Part shown: piece by piece, positions 13,299-24,965 of the stretch
How positions within the stretch are numbered: position 1 is the stretch's first letter
Layout: each line of letters begins with the position of its first letter
Assembly: GCA_030704615.1 (NCBI GenBank)
Contig: CM060733.1
Location: 45,322,001-45,386,000 of the forward strand
Source: Takakia lepidozioides
Lineage: Eukaryota > Plantae > Bryophyta
Direction of reading: 5' to 3'
DNA length: 64,000 bases
Made by a program: the position numbers and the translations under genes
The notes under the pieces: model-generated
Databases searched by the model: none
The model's input: only the letters and a program-made list of their open reading frames with translations
Told to the model about the DNA's origin: nothing

Positions 13299-15776
13299 TC
13301 ACCAGTAATCCCCACAAGAACACACCCCATCTTGGAAATGGTGGAAGCGATTGACATCCCGTACAACAATTGCTCGCCCAACAATCTTCGAGATGAACTT
13401 GGTGGCCATGTGGCAGTCACAGCACACCCGAAGGTTCTTGATGACAAGGAGCGGAGCCCCTGGGGGTGTGCTGATGAGCCCAAAAGCAATAGTCAGCTTC
13501 TCACTGTGGTGGCAAAGACACAAACTTTTTTGCTCCTCCTCCACATCATACAATACAAAACGGGTGTCAGGAACATACCCAGCTTGCTTCAACTGCACAG
13601 ACAATCTCTTCAGCTCGGCATGAATTTCCACAGTTTGTGTATGCGACTTGTCATTTACAATGAATGTGTGCACCCAGTTGTCAACCTCAATAGAGGAGTG
13701 ACCTGGCTCCTTTCTGATACCTCTGTCCTTCATCATTTTTCTCACCTTTGTGATATCATCCCACCTGCCAGCCGCAGCATAGATGTTTGATAGCAGTACG
13801 TAGGTTCCAGTGTGCTGTGGATCCATCTTCAGAAGGCATTTTGCCGCATGTTCTGCCCGCTCCACGTCGCCATGGATTCGGCAGGCACCCAGAAAGGCTC
13901 CCCACACCTGCACACCTGGCTCGTTCGGCATACCGTTAATCAAGTCCTGTGCCTCATCCAATCGCCCTGCGCGGCCAAGAAGGTCCACCATACAGCCAAA
14001 ATGCTCCCCTGTGGGTGTGAGGCCATGATCTTGACTGATGGAATCAAAGAATTGACAGCCTTCATCCACTAGGCCCACATGGCTGCATGCAGAGATAACA
14101 GACGTGAAGGTGAAAGTGTCCGGTTTCAAGCCTTCCTGTTGCATCTCTTCAAAAAGTTGCAGGGCTTCCATACCACACCCATGCTGAGCATATCCTGCAA
14201 GCATCATGTTCCATGAGACCATATCTCGTCGAGCCATATTGTTGAACACTCTGCGCGCATCCCTCATGCTCCCGCATTTAGCATACATGTCCGCAAGGGC
14301 GGTTTCAAGAATGATATTTGATGCAATTCCAACTTTAATGATGTTGGCATGAACCTGGATGCCTTTTTCAAGGGCTGCTAGACTGGCACATGTATTGAGG
14401 ACACAAATGAATGTGACCTTGTCGGGAGTCACCCCTTCCCAGATCATTTGGTCATAGGTCTCCAAAGCCTCCCTACCATGCCCATGCTGAGCAAATGCTG
14501 CAATCATCGCAGTCCATGAGACCACATTTCGGTGAGCCATATGGTTGAACACTCGACTTGCATCCTTCATGCTCCCGCATTTTGCATACATAGCAATAAG
14601 GGCAGTGTCTAGAAAGATATTTGGCACAATTCCTGCTTTCATGATGTCAGCATGGACTTCTGTGCCCTTTCTGAGTGCTGCCAGGCTGGCACATGCATTT
14701 AGAACACAAACGAATGTGACCTGGTTTGGTGTCACCCCCTCACGTATCATTTGCTCATAGGTCTCCAAAGCCTCCCTAGCACACCCATGCTGAGTATATC
14801 CTGCAATCATTGCAGTCCATGAGACCACGTTCGGCTTCAAGCCTTCCTGTCGCATTTGCTCAAATAGTTGGAGGCACTCCCTATTAGCCCCATGCTGAGC
14901 ATATCCTGCTATCATCACATTCCATGAGACCACGTCTCGTTTGGCCATATTGTCGAACACTTGTCGTGCATTCTTTATGCTCCCACACTTGGCATACATG
15001 TCGATGAGGGTATTGTCTAGAATGACATCTGGTGCAAGTCCAGCTTTGATAATGTCAGCATGGAGTGCTATGCCCTTTTCCAGGGTTGCCAAGCTGGCAC
15101 AGGCCTTGAGAACACAAATGAATGTGACCTGGTTGGGCTTCACCCTTTCCTTTAGCATTTGCTCATAGGTCTCCAAAGCCTCCATGCCACACCCATGCTG
15201 AGCATAGCCTGCAATCAACGCAGTCCATGAGACTACATTTGGCTTCAAGCCTTCATGTTGCATGCCCTCAAAAAGTTGGAGGCTTTCCTTTCCATAACCA
15301 CGCCTGGCATATCCTGCTGTCATAATATTCCACGTAAACATATCTCGTTCAGGCATTTTGTCAAACACTAGGTGTGCATCTACCAAGCTCCCACACTTGA
15401 CATACATGTTTACAAGGCTATTGTACAGAATGATGTTTGGCTTGAATCCACTTTGAATCATGTGGGTGTGCACCTGCTTTCCCTCTGCTAGGCCTTTCAT
15501 CTTGATGCACTCCTGCAAGAGACAGATATATACATTGGAGTCTACCAAAATGCCGCCGCGATTCAAAATTTGCAGTGCCTCTTTCAAGTGTCCTGCCCTA
15601 CATAATGACCTCACACCCCCGCAAGTGCCAGAAGAGCTTTTCTTGACTGCTTCGCTTGGTCCTCTTTCAAAGGCGGCGGCCAAAGTGGTGGTACATGATA
15701 GCAATAACTGTGTTCCTGCTGCTGCTTCCACTTGCTCATGTAGCCACCCAGGTTTCTTGCAGCTATCAATCCCCAT
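13299..15776 (-). CDS. PLS-class PPR protein with E1-E2-DYW domain (C-to-U organellar RNA editing factor)
   Basis: Intronless ORF with 16 PPR motifs (L S P P L S P P L S P L S P2 L2 S2), E1/E2, PG box PGHSSIEV, HSEKL, KNLRVCCDCH and C-terminal CSCGDYW. First ATG at 15776; the true start could involve an upstream exon. Confidence 0.93.
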   Translation of the reverse strand: MGIDSCKKPGWLHEQVEAAAGTQLLLSCTTTLAAAFERGPSEAVKKSSSGTCGGVRSLCRAGHLKEALQILNRGGILVDSNVYICLLQECIKMKGLAEGKQVHTHMIQSGFKPNIILYNSLVNMYVKCGSLVDAHLVFDKMPERDMFTWNIMTAGYARRGYGKESLQLFEGMQHEGLKPNVVSWTALIAGYAQHGCGMEALETYEQMLKERVKPNQVTFICVLKACASLATLEKGIALHADIIKAGLAPDVILDNTLIDMYAKCGSIKNARQVFDNMAKRDVVSWNVMIAGYAQHGANRECLQLFEQMRQEGLKPNVVSWTAMIAGYTQHGCAREALETYEQMIREGVTPNQVTFVCVLNACASLAALRKGTEVHADIMKAGIVPNIFLDTALIAMYAKCGSMKDASRVFNHMAHRNVVSWTAMIAAFAQHGHGREALETYDQMIWEGVTPDKVTFICVLNTCASLAALEKGIQVHANIIKVGIASNIILETALADMYAKCGSMRDARRVFNNMARRDMVSWNMMLAGYAQHGCGMEALQLFEEMQQEGLKPDTFTFTSVISACSHVGLVDEGCQFFDSISQDHGLTPTGEHFGCMVDLLGRAGRLDEAQDLINGMPNEPGVQVWGAFLGACRIHGDVERAEHAAKCLLKMDPQHTGTYVLLSNIYAAAGRWDDITKVRKMMKDRGIRKEPGHSSIEVDNWVHTFIVNDKSHTQTVEIHAELKRLSVQLKQAGYVPDTRFVLYDVEEEQKSLCLCHHSEKLTIAFGLISTPPGAPLLVIKNLRVCCDCHMATKFISKIVGRAIVVRDVNRFHHFQDGVCSCGDYW

Positions 15777-16224
15777 TGCCTCGTTGGGACTCTTATGCCT
15801 GAAATGTGGTCCCTTGGCATTGATCTGCACCAACACTCACTCCATCCTGCCACCTTCAGCTACCCTGCCTCCAAATTCAAAGAAGAAAACTATGACATAC
15901 CAGAAAGCATAAATGTCGATCCAGAACTGCTCCACTAGCCCTCACATATGAATGAAACTTTGAAATCCACCAGATGCTCAGAGGGCCCATGGGACGCAGT
16001 CCGACAAAAGAAACCAAAGAATAATCATATCATAAAACGTTGCACAAAGACAACACCTCATGCAGGTAAGCTGCTAAGCACTTCCCCGCCCCTCAGTGAT
16101 CCATGTATAGAGACGCCACAAACAGACGAAGACCCTATGTGAAGAGCCATCCTAATGTAACTCAATTGATGGGATACTGTAGGTTGCAAGCCCATAAGGG
16201 CGTTTCCTGATACGTACTTCCAGT

Positions 16225-16380
16225 TGCTTCCAGCTTCTCCAACCGACTATCGACCCACGCAGGTTTCTTGTAGCTATCAGTCCACGGTGCCTCATACGCA
16301 CATTTGTGCTTCAATTTTCCTCCTCCAGGATGGATCTGCACCCACAGTCCATCCCTGCCTGCTTGAGTTATCCTTGAACT
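16225..16380 (-). pseudogene. Degenerate duplicate of the PPR N-terminal leader
   Basis: Reverse strand reads VQIHPGGGKLKHKCAYEAPWTDSYKKPAWVDSRLEKLEA, similar to VQINAKGPHFRHKSPNEAMGIDSCKKPGWLHEQVEAA at the 5' end of the adjacent PPR ORF; preceded by an in-frame TGA at 16381-16383. Confidence 0.5.
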
Positions 16381-17215
16381 TCATTCGAGCACTGTCCTCC
16401 AGCCCTCTAGGGTGTTCGACATATGACACTTGGTGATGTGCTTGAGGAATCTAGTGTGTAATAATGCGCCAGCGCTGGCATTGCCCCCACCCTCGGCACT
16501 ATGTCCCAGACTCCGAAGGGGTAGTGAAAGCAGAAGGTTGTACGAGAACTGCTCCACAGGCCCTCTACCTGGCAGCAGACGTGATACATGCGAATGTGGT
16601 TGAACTTCTAAACACATTGTTGAGTACAAAGGGCCCGCAAAAGAGAGAAGAAAGAAAGCAGGAACTAAAAAAGCAAACTTAAGAATGTTCACGAGAAGCT
16701 CAAAAAGCATCTGCGATTCCTCCTTCACCGGCATACCTTCCCAGCTTGAATGAGCCAATGCTTGATGTGTCCGTGTCATTTCTAGGAACAAAAAGCTCTC
16801 AGAAGACCCAATGGATGAGTTTAGCTGGCTAGCTAATGTCAGATGCCAGCATAATAAGAGCTGGATCAGAGCCTTGCACAAATGTGAGTTATCACAGGCA
16901 AAGAGGAGGTGACCATCTGCCTAGGGAGGGGGATTCTCGCCCTCTTCCTCTCAAACCACTCCAGGCCTACTTTCCATCATGAAAACATGCACTCGTCGCA
17001 CGCGCACTTGCAACGTCTCCGTCTCATATGGCTATTCACCCTTAGTACAGCACTTGGATGGGTAGCAAAGTTAATAGCAAACCCACGAGTTTCTAGGAGC
17101 TCATCGTTCCTCAATCCACAAATCTCCAAAAGTGGGGTTTTAGAGAGTGTGAGGAATGAGGGGAGGGAGATGGGTTCTTTGGAATCGACTATCTTCTACA
17201 CTACAGTCTTCTAGT

Positions 17216-19079
17216 ATGAATGGCATTCGTGGCGAGCTCGCAACCCGGTTGGCTGTGCGCAGTGTGCTTTGTCTTGTCAGACGCTTGAGCCATGGAGTCG
17301 AACATCCCCCTGATGAGTTCAAAAGAGAGAGAGATAACTGCCCTGAAGTAGGCAGGGTGACTGTTGACACTATTCGCCCAAAGCGCCCACTTCGATATGA
17401 GGAAATCTTGGATAACTTCATCGAGGTACGTGATCTCTGCACCTGTGTTTTGTGATTGCCATATAGCAGACTCGATAGAGGAACGTGATGCTGCAATAGC
17501 GAGTTTTGAGTGGAATTTGCAGTTTCTTCCAAACCAGCTGCTGGTATCAAGTCTAGTATTTCCAAAGATTAGGGTTAGTGTGTCACGGCGCTTGGAAAAG
17601 CCGAAATTGCCTCGGTTCCAATTGCCATCCACTGTAGATGCTCGGGCTCTGGGGAGAGAGAGACAGAGGGAGAGAAATATGCTGTTGGTATGATGTCAAG
17701 GCAGCCCTTGCATGACCAGTGAATTCGTACCCGGACCTTCTTCAGCGGGTTCTCACACTACTGAATTCCAGGCTGAGGCAGAAGCCCAGACACCATCATA
17801 AGTGTCCCTCTCCGTTTTCACTGTAAAGCAACCATATTTGTAGTTCCTTTGTCAGTGCACCCTCCTTGATGGACGTTACCGCCAAACCCCACTGAGATAC
17901 TGAACAGTATTTGGCACCTCAATTCTGTATGTAGATGTCACTTGACGACCCCAGCGCATTATCAAAGTCAGCTTGATGTATTAACAGCCCTCCTAACTGC
18001 GAAATAATTTGATTTGGCAGCTCAGAGCTGAGGTTTTATTACTTATTACTTATGGCATTTGAGGGATGGTGTCTTTCTTTGTCTCGATGCAGCGAGTGCA
18101 GGCTAGATTGGCTGCTTCACCATCACTGGAGGATGTAGTGGCTCTTAAACCATCAGGATGGGAGATGAATTCCAGCGAGACCACGATCTGGGGCACCAAA
18201 CAACCTTTTCCCTCTTCCACAAGGACCAATCTTGGACCAGAGAACTCAGACATTTTATCTTCATCTAGTATCCATGGAGATGATGCTCTGCTCAGGAGTC
18301 AACTCTCCTCTGAGGATAGCTCCGGCAAATCAGTCGTGGTAAATGTCTCGGAGAAGGTTTACAGTAAGAGGGTAGCAGTTGCCTCTAGCAAAGTGGGGAG
18401 TCATTTATCTCGTGTGGGTGGCTCCGGCGAAGCGGCCATGGTAAATGTCTCGGAGAAGGCTCAACGGAAGAGGGTGACAGTTGCTTCTGGCAGAGCGGGG
18501 AGTCATCTCTCCCATGTTAGCTCTGGCAAAGTAGCCACAATCAATGTCTCAGAGAAGGCTAAACATAAGAGGGTCACAGTTGCCTCTGGCCAAGTGGGGA
18601 GTCATCTCACCCATGTGGATAGCTCCGGCGAAGCGGCTATGGTGAATGTCTCCAAGAAGGCCGATAGTAAGAGGGTGGCAGTTGCCTCTGGCAGAGTGGT
18701 TTTAGGTCCCCATGCCTTTTCCCTGGTGGCTGCTAACAACATAGCCAAAGGAGACGTTCTAACAGTTGCAAAAATTTCTGGCATCTATGGTGCCAAACAA
18801 ACAGGGAACCTCATTCCACTATGTCATAATATCTTGCTCAGTGGGGTTGATGTGAGTCTGATGCTTAATGAGTCATTGCATTCAGTGGAGATAGTAGCCA
18901 CAGTCACCTCAGTTGGCCCCACTGGAGTTGAGATGGAGGCATTGACTGCGGTGTCAGTTGCTAGTCTCACTGTGTACGATATGTGCAAGGCTGTGTCCAA
19001 AGAGATAAACATTTGCGATATCCGGCTTGAATCCAAGACGGGGGGCAAGAGTGGGGACTGGAACCGAAGGTCAATTTGA
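17216..19079 (+). CDS. CNX3: Cyclic pyranopterin monophosphate synthase (MoaC/CNX3), mitochondrial, with N-terminal tandem repeats
   Basis: Exon 2 (~18093-19079) has the MoaC core LTHVDSSGEAAMVNVS, KGDVLTVAKISGIYGAKQTGNLIPLCHNI, TGVEMEALTAVSVASLTVYDMCKA, KTGGKSG. Probable exon 1 17216-17425 is Arg-rich and transit-peptide-like, ends GAG|GTACGT and is phase-compatible. Confidence 0.88.
18297..18700 (+). repeat. Four tandem 99-102 bp in-frame repeats of the MoaC N-terminal segment
   Basis: Units start with AGTCA at 18297, 18399, 18501 and 18600; each encodes (S)xL(S/T)xx(x)SG(E/K)xxxxNVSxKxxxKRV(A/T)VAS. Confidence 0.9.
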
Positions 19080-20086
19080 AGCTGCTGGGAGTGTTTGGAT
19101 GTGTGGATTGTCAGTAAAGGTTACAATTCAACATTCCTACAGATAAATGTGAAGAGCTTCCCATACTGTAGAGTGGGCTGGAAGAGTGGACTGGGAGAGA
19201 CAGTTGCACTCAGTAGCATTGTGTGTGCTCTCACATCTTCGGTGTCCTTCCATACCTGGTGGGTTGAAACCCATTAACTGGCCACTGTATTGGGGATGGT
19301 GCTCCCTAGACTGCGTCAGAGACTGGTCCCAGAGAATGCATCACAAGAACTCTTGTTATGTCATAAAGCTCTTTACTCACTGCCACTCGGAATCAATTTT
19401 CCCTGGATAAGACTTGGAAGGTCTGTTTCTATTTCATTCCACCTGGTATGGTGTAATCACTGTTGTGGCCACAATATCAACAACAGCCCCAGCAACTCAG
19501 GGATCTTGCCATGTTGAGGAGATGGGAACTTGTACATGTTGTCATACTTCTCTTCGAATTCAACTCGGATCAATGGCAGTTGGAGGCAAGCTGAATTGCA
19601 TTTTCCAGCATATCAGGTGTCAGGAAGTGTTACGACAACGACCAACACCAATCACCATCCCAGCAAATGTGGGGAAAGCCATCCTTGGCCCTCTCTATCT
19701 TGCACAGAAGCAGTGTGAGGGCAGGAGCAATTTGGGCGGACATTGTTGTCCCCCTCCATCAACTGCTTCAGAGTCGTCTACTCTGGATCTTCTTGTCTTG
19801 TATACTTACCTTAAGGCTATACGACTCTCTCTCTCGCTCGGACTTCGTCCTTCTCGAGGTCCTTTGAACGGACAGTCAGCGGCTATCGGATGCTTCCAAG
19901 CCGGTCGCCAGTTGACTGGTCTACCGGCGACTGGTCAAGCGATGACCTGATGGATTGGATGGTTTCTATGGTTTTTTCTCCTTAAAAACAATTTAGCCCT
20001 TTAAATGTCATGATAAATACAAACAAATGAAACATGGCCCGTCTTCGCGTCATTATATCTTCTGTCTTTATATAGTTAGTCTTTAC

Positions 20087-20115
20087 TTACGTATTTACGT
20101 ATTTACGTATTTACG
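20087..20115 (+). promoter_or_regulatory. Tandem TACGTA (A-box-like, ACGT core) motifs upstream of the PR-10 gene
   Basis: TACGTA at 20088, 20096 and 20104 (8-bp period), ~120-140 bp upstream of a TATA-like TTTATAG near 20229. Confidence 0.35.
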
Positions 20116-20251
20116 CCGTGTGAACTGTGAACGTGCCTGCAACAAAGTTCTCATGTCGCCGGTTGACCGGTCGCCGGTAGCCGCCGGGCTTGACCCACAG
20201 TAGGCGGTAGGCGGTAGCCCCGGAGGGCTTTATAGAGACCCAGCGCGTCGA

Positions 20252-20259
20252 CTCTCTCA

Positions 20260-20299
<40 letters not shown>
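20252..20299 (+). repeat. (CT)n microsatellite in the probable 5' UTR of the PR-10 gene
   Basis: Imperfect CT run directly visible. Confidence 0.85.
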
Positions 20300-20301
<2 letters not shown>

Positions 20302-20346
20302 CTCGTACTCTCTCGCTTGGATCCTTTGGAGTAGAAGTGAGCAAAA

Positions 20347-21673
20347 ATGGTGGCAACACTCTCACACACCGAGAAGTTGGATGCCTCGGCCGATGCTATT
20401 TGGAAGGCTTGCAAGCAGGCGGACACCGTGCTGCCCGCGCAGATGCCTGAGTTTTTCGCTAGTTCCGAGCTTTTGGAGGGGAATGGAGGGCCTGGAAGCA
20501 TCCGCGTCGTCAAGATGGGACCTGGTATGGCGAGATTTGCGTGCCCTGTGAATCTCGGTGGTTTGGAGGGTGGCTTGTCCCAGCTAGTAACATGTGTTTT
20601 TAATTTGAGATTTGTTGTGCACGATTCTATTTTTTGGTATCATGATTGCATTGATGGTGGAATGGGATGTGAGAAAAAGAAACGAAGGAAGTGACTTTAG
20701 AATTGCTGGAAGACCTGCGGATCGAAGGCACGGACTAGAATGTGCTTGATTCTGGAGGATCCGCATATCCTCTGTTTTCAATGTATGGATTCCCCCGTGA
20801 ACACGCGTGAAGTGATGAGGAAGACGATAGTTATTAAACGTTTCTTGCATAGCATTGTCGCCAGGGACTTCGCGCCCAGTTCTATCGAGCAGAAGGTGGG
20901 GTACCGAGGTGGAAATTCAAGAGAAAGAATGTACTTACATGAGCCGTTGTTCTCCAATGTTTGCAGTAGCCTTGTGGCCATAGACCCCGCACCCAGTTTG
21001 GTGAGAACAAGAGGGAATAGACGACCTCTCACCCCAGAGGGACTTACGTTGGTATAAACAATGGGTTCTGGCTTTCCAGATTTCCTGTAGAAAGTCCTTC
21101 ACACAAGCACCAATCTGCTTGTGTGAGCCACCCGGAAGTTAGACCCCAACAGGGAAATTCATGAGAATGTATTCATAAGACGTTGTTTGCCGGAAATTCG
21201 TGTGAGAGAGAGCGAGATAGCGAGAGAGAGAGAGAGAGAGGTGGCTGTTTGCCATGGTTGGGAGGAAAATCATGATCAATTGGTGTACCCACAGGCAGGT
21301 TGGGGATTGGGGATTTTATATGAGTTGGCAAGGAGGTTTTTGGAGCTTCATAGAGCTGATTGTGATGAGTTCCATTCCTTGACTGTGTGCAGCCATCCCA
21401 CACGCCGGATCTGTGAAGGAGCGCATGGATTTATTTGACGATGCTAGCAAGACTCTGGGCTACACCGTGTTGGAGGGCGATCCCCGGTACAGCTCATTCA
21501 GTGCTACGATGCAGTTCGTCCCTGGACCAGATGGTAGCACCGATGCTATCTGGACTGCAACTTACGAACCAGTTGGAGACATGGGCCCCCCTGAGCACAT
21601 CAAGGGCATTGCTATTCTGGTGTTCAAGACCTTGGCGAAGGAGGCGAAGCAAAACCCTGAGAAATACGCTTAG
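20347..21673 (+). CDS. PR-10 / Bet v 1-like (START-fold) protein, 152 aa
   Basis: Exons 20347-20524 and 21393-21673 (459 nt, GT-AG intron). Contains the glycine-rich loop EGNGGPGSIR, then VKERMD..DDASKTLGYTVLEGD. Confidence 0.9.
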
Positions 21674-22499
21674 AATCATGCTCACCACCCTCTTCAATTT
21701 TAGCTACTCCATCAAATGGGTCATAGCCTGCGAGTCCCACTCATTGTAAACCTCCGTCAGTTTCAAAGTGTGCATATTCCAACAAAAGGCAGTAGTCCCT
21801 GGGGACGAAGAGACACAATAAGTTACGCTTCCTGTGGGTCCTTTTCTCTTCTTGAGAATTCTCCCAAGATGGGCTGGGCATGTATTGCATCCCTTTTCAT
21901 TGATTCCTCCAAGTGAGGTAAAGATAAAGTATCAGTAAATATCTCAAATTTGAAGTGCACGTTGGCTTTGCTTTCAGTTGGACTCTTTCTCCACAATTGT
22001 ATGAGCCGTTCCAAATGCCACAGCGTGCTTGTCTATCGATGATGTTGAAGTGACCAGTAAAGTAATGAAACTCGAGCATGCCCACAGAGGATGAGGGAGC
22101 TTGAATGGTTCTAAGATTCAAAGCTCAATTTGATCACATGAATTAAAATTGCTGGAGTGTAACAAACAATTGAAGATGAGACTGACATGACTAGATTATT
22201 TGGTATGTCCAGAAGTCGGAGAAGAAAATAGAATTAAAATGAATGATGGGAAGACAGAGAGACACTGTATCTACCAAGAATCATAGGTGGGGGACATCAG
22301 GATCGACTGACTGGCTGCACGAAGATGGAGCAATTGTGGAAAGCATCTGGACATAAGCATGACACTTCAAACCTGCCAGAAGGTGATTGTTTGAGAGAGA
22401 CAATAGCTGCAGCTGTGCACTTAATAATATACTGTGAAGAGGACCAAGAATACAATGCAAGTTAAAATAAAATATGTCAATTGCATCAGCAAGCTAAGA

Positions 22500-22753
22500 A
22501 GGCGTACATACTTGTCTTGCAGTTGAAACATTCATATGAACATGAGATTGTCATGGATCACCACTTCATGGTAGATACCGGCCATTGCATAAAGAGTTTC
22601 GGTCGGAGGGAGCTGCTGACAGAGTTGTTGGAAACTAGCAGGAGACAGGAGAGACTTCCACAACTTGCAGACCAACTTGAGGCGGACAATACCTCGATAA
22701 GGCAGCACTACCATCACTAGCTCGAAAGGGAGCCCGTTCCAAATGTCCTCCAT
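22500..22753 (-). pseudogene. F-box pseudogene with a large internal deletion
   Basis: MEDIWNGLPFELVMVVLPYRGIVRLKLVCKLWKSLLSPASFQQLCQQLP matches the N-terminus of the gene at 30039-31145 and is joined within a few residues to YHEVVIHDNLMFI, which matches YFQVVSHDNLLFI near that gene's C-terminus. Confidence 0.75.
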
Positions 22754-23009
22754 ATTGCCAAGGTGGTTTCGGTGACAAAAGCCTCTCCAATTGTGTTCTT
22801 GTGATCCTAATAAAGGAGCTTGGGGAAAGAGAAGGTGAAGAAAGACTCAGCCTTGAGCCTCTGAGAATACCCATGAGCCCCACTATTGTCGATATCATTT
22901 CTTTGCTATCAAAAGTCTTGCTCTTGCTTATTGCTATTTTGGTACTTCAACCTTCGTTGTTTGCCATCCACTTTCCTTTGACTATTTCCAGCTGTGCTTT
23001 TTTCTCAAG

Positions 23010-23680
23010 TGACCCTGTTGGATTTTACCCCTTCCCGTTGCATTTGCTCATAGATTCTGAAAGCCTCCCAACCCCACCCATGCTGACCATATCCTGCAAT
23101 CATTGCACTCCATGAGACCACATCTTGACACGCATCCTTCATGCTCCCACATTTTGCATACAAGTCAACAAGGGCAATCCCCAGATTAATATGTGATGCA
23201 ATTCCAGCTTGTCAGCATGGATCTCTTTGCACATTTCCAGCTCTCCTAGGCTGTCACATGCACCAAGCATCCCAAAAAATGTGACAGTATCAGGTGTCAC
23301 CCGTTCCTGTTGCATTTGCACATAGACCTTAAAAGCCTCCTCCTTCAGCATGCCCCTGCTTGGCATATCCGCAATCATTACAGTCCACGTAAACAAATCT
23401 TGTTGAGGCATATTGTCAAACACTTGCCTCCCCAACACTCCCATACTTGGCATACATATTGACAAGGGTTGCTGAGTAGAAAGATGATTGACTTGAATTT
23501 ACTTTGGGTCATTTGAGCATGAACCTGCTTTCCATCTTTCATCATGCTGCACTCTTGCAACAGACAGAGGGTTGTCTAAAAGTCTGCATGTCTGCCTCTT
23601 TGGTTCAAAATGTGCAACGCTCCTTTCAGTTTTCCTGCCTTACATAGTGACCTCACATCCTCAGAAGTGCCAGAAGAGGT
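23010..23680 (-). pseudogene. PLS-PPR pseudogene (5' portion)
   Basis: Frameshifted fragments DVRSLCKAGKLK.ALHILNQ, QECSMMKDGKQVHAQM, QVFDNMPQQDLFTWTVMIA, QMQQERVTPDTVTF; paralogous to the two intact PPR genes. Confidence 0.85.
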
Positions 23681-24965
23681 CTAGTCAAGACCCTCTTTTG
23701 GTCCTCTATGAAAAGCAGTGGTGATTGTGGAGGTGCTACCCTTGCCACCACTCTGATGTCCAAGAAACAGCTGTGCCTGACCTGCAATCCTGCATGACCC
23801 AAAACTCCTAGTTTATGAAAACCTTTTAAGTTGACATATCTCAAAGCTCCTACATACCCAAACGAAGGATCTTTTGGTGAGAACAGGCTTATTGCTACAT
23901 GCATACAGAAGCAGCACCACCTTCAGGTTCTGTGAACCCATTTTATATTGCCCTTCTTCCTACACACTCGCAATCTCCAAAGCCTCTGCAATCTCCAACT
24001 TCAAGTGGACTTTCTCAAACCTGACCAACAGATGTAGAAATCACTGCCTTTGTTGGAGTCGTAACCTCCATCTCTCAGTTGCACACAAAAGTTTCGATCA
24101 ACCTTCACCATTACTAAGGGGTTAATAGTTAATACTCCTTAAACCCTACAACCCTCTTCGGAAGCTTGACCACTTGTAAAAGTTGCTCTACACTTGTATT
24201 TACTGCCAGGAAACATTCATTATTTCCTGTAGTCAAGTTGGCGGCACACAGCTGAAGAATTAGGTAGGTACCTAGGCCAGTCTTTTCTGCAATTGAAGCT
24301 GGTTGCTTCGCAGGAGATGCAAAGGCCCTGGGAAGGAGAACAGACAAACAGTTAGTGAAACACAGAGTAGGCTAAAAGGAAGGTGGTGTTAGTTCATTCA
24401 AGTTGCCTGCACTCAGATGACTAACTTAATGAGGCCTGTGACATGTGCAAACAAATCACTCTGCATTTCTCTCTCTTTACTCTCACACGTAGCATCGCGG
24501 ATAGTCTGTTCCTGGACGATTGATGGGCAGCAGCCTGCAAAGACAGTGTTCAACATCCAAGTGATGCAGGATCTCAGTGCTCATTGGCATACAACCACCA
24601 CATCATCTGTACTGGATGTGTTAGGGTTGTTTCTAATAACTTCAGCTGCATCATTGTTATTGATTGTGAGTACTCACCCTTCCTCAATCTTTCGACACCC
24701 TGTTCAACCACATTTTGGTGCAAAACTGTCAACCACCAAGGCTGCAGGATTCTTTACAAACTGTCAGCAACTCCTCTGAAATAAAACTGTCCAGAACTTC
24801 AGGCCTTTTGTGTGTGTGATCATACACACTCATGACAAAGACCACAGGCTCGAAGAAAGTGGTGTACCAGCTGTTGCATTGATTGATGTCCACAATTTGG
24901 GTTTTTGAACTTCACTTTGAACAAATGACCTTTTCATGCCGTGTACTGACATGCATATTGGTCAT

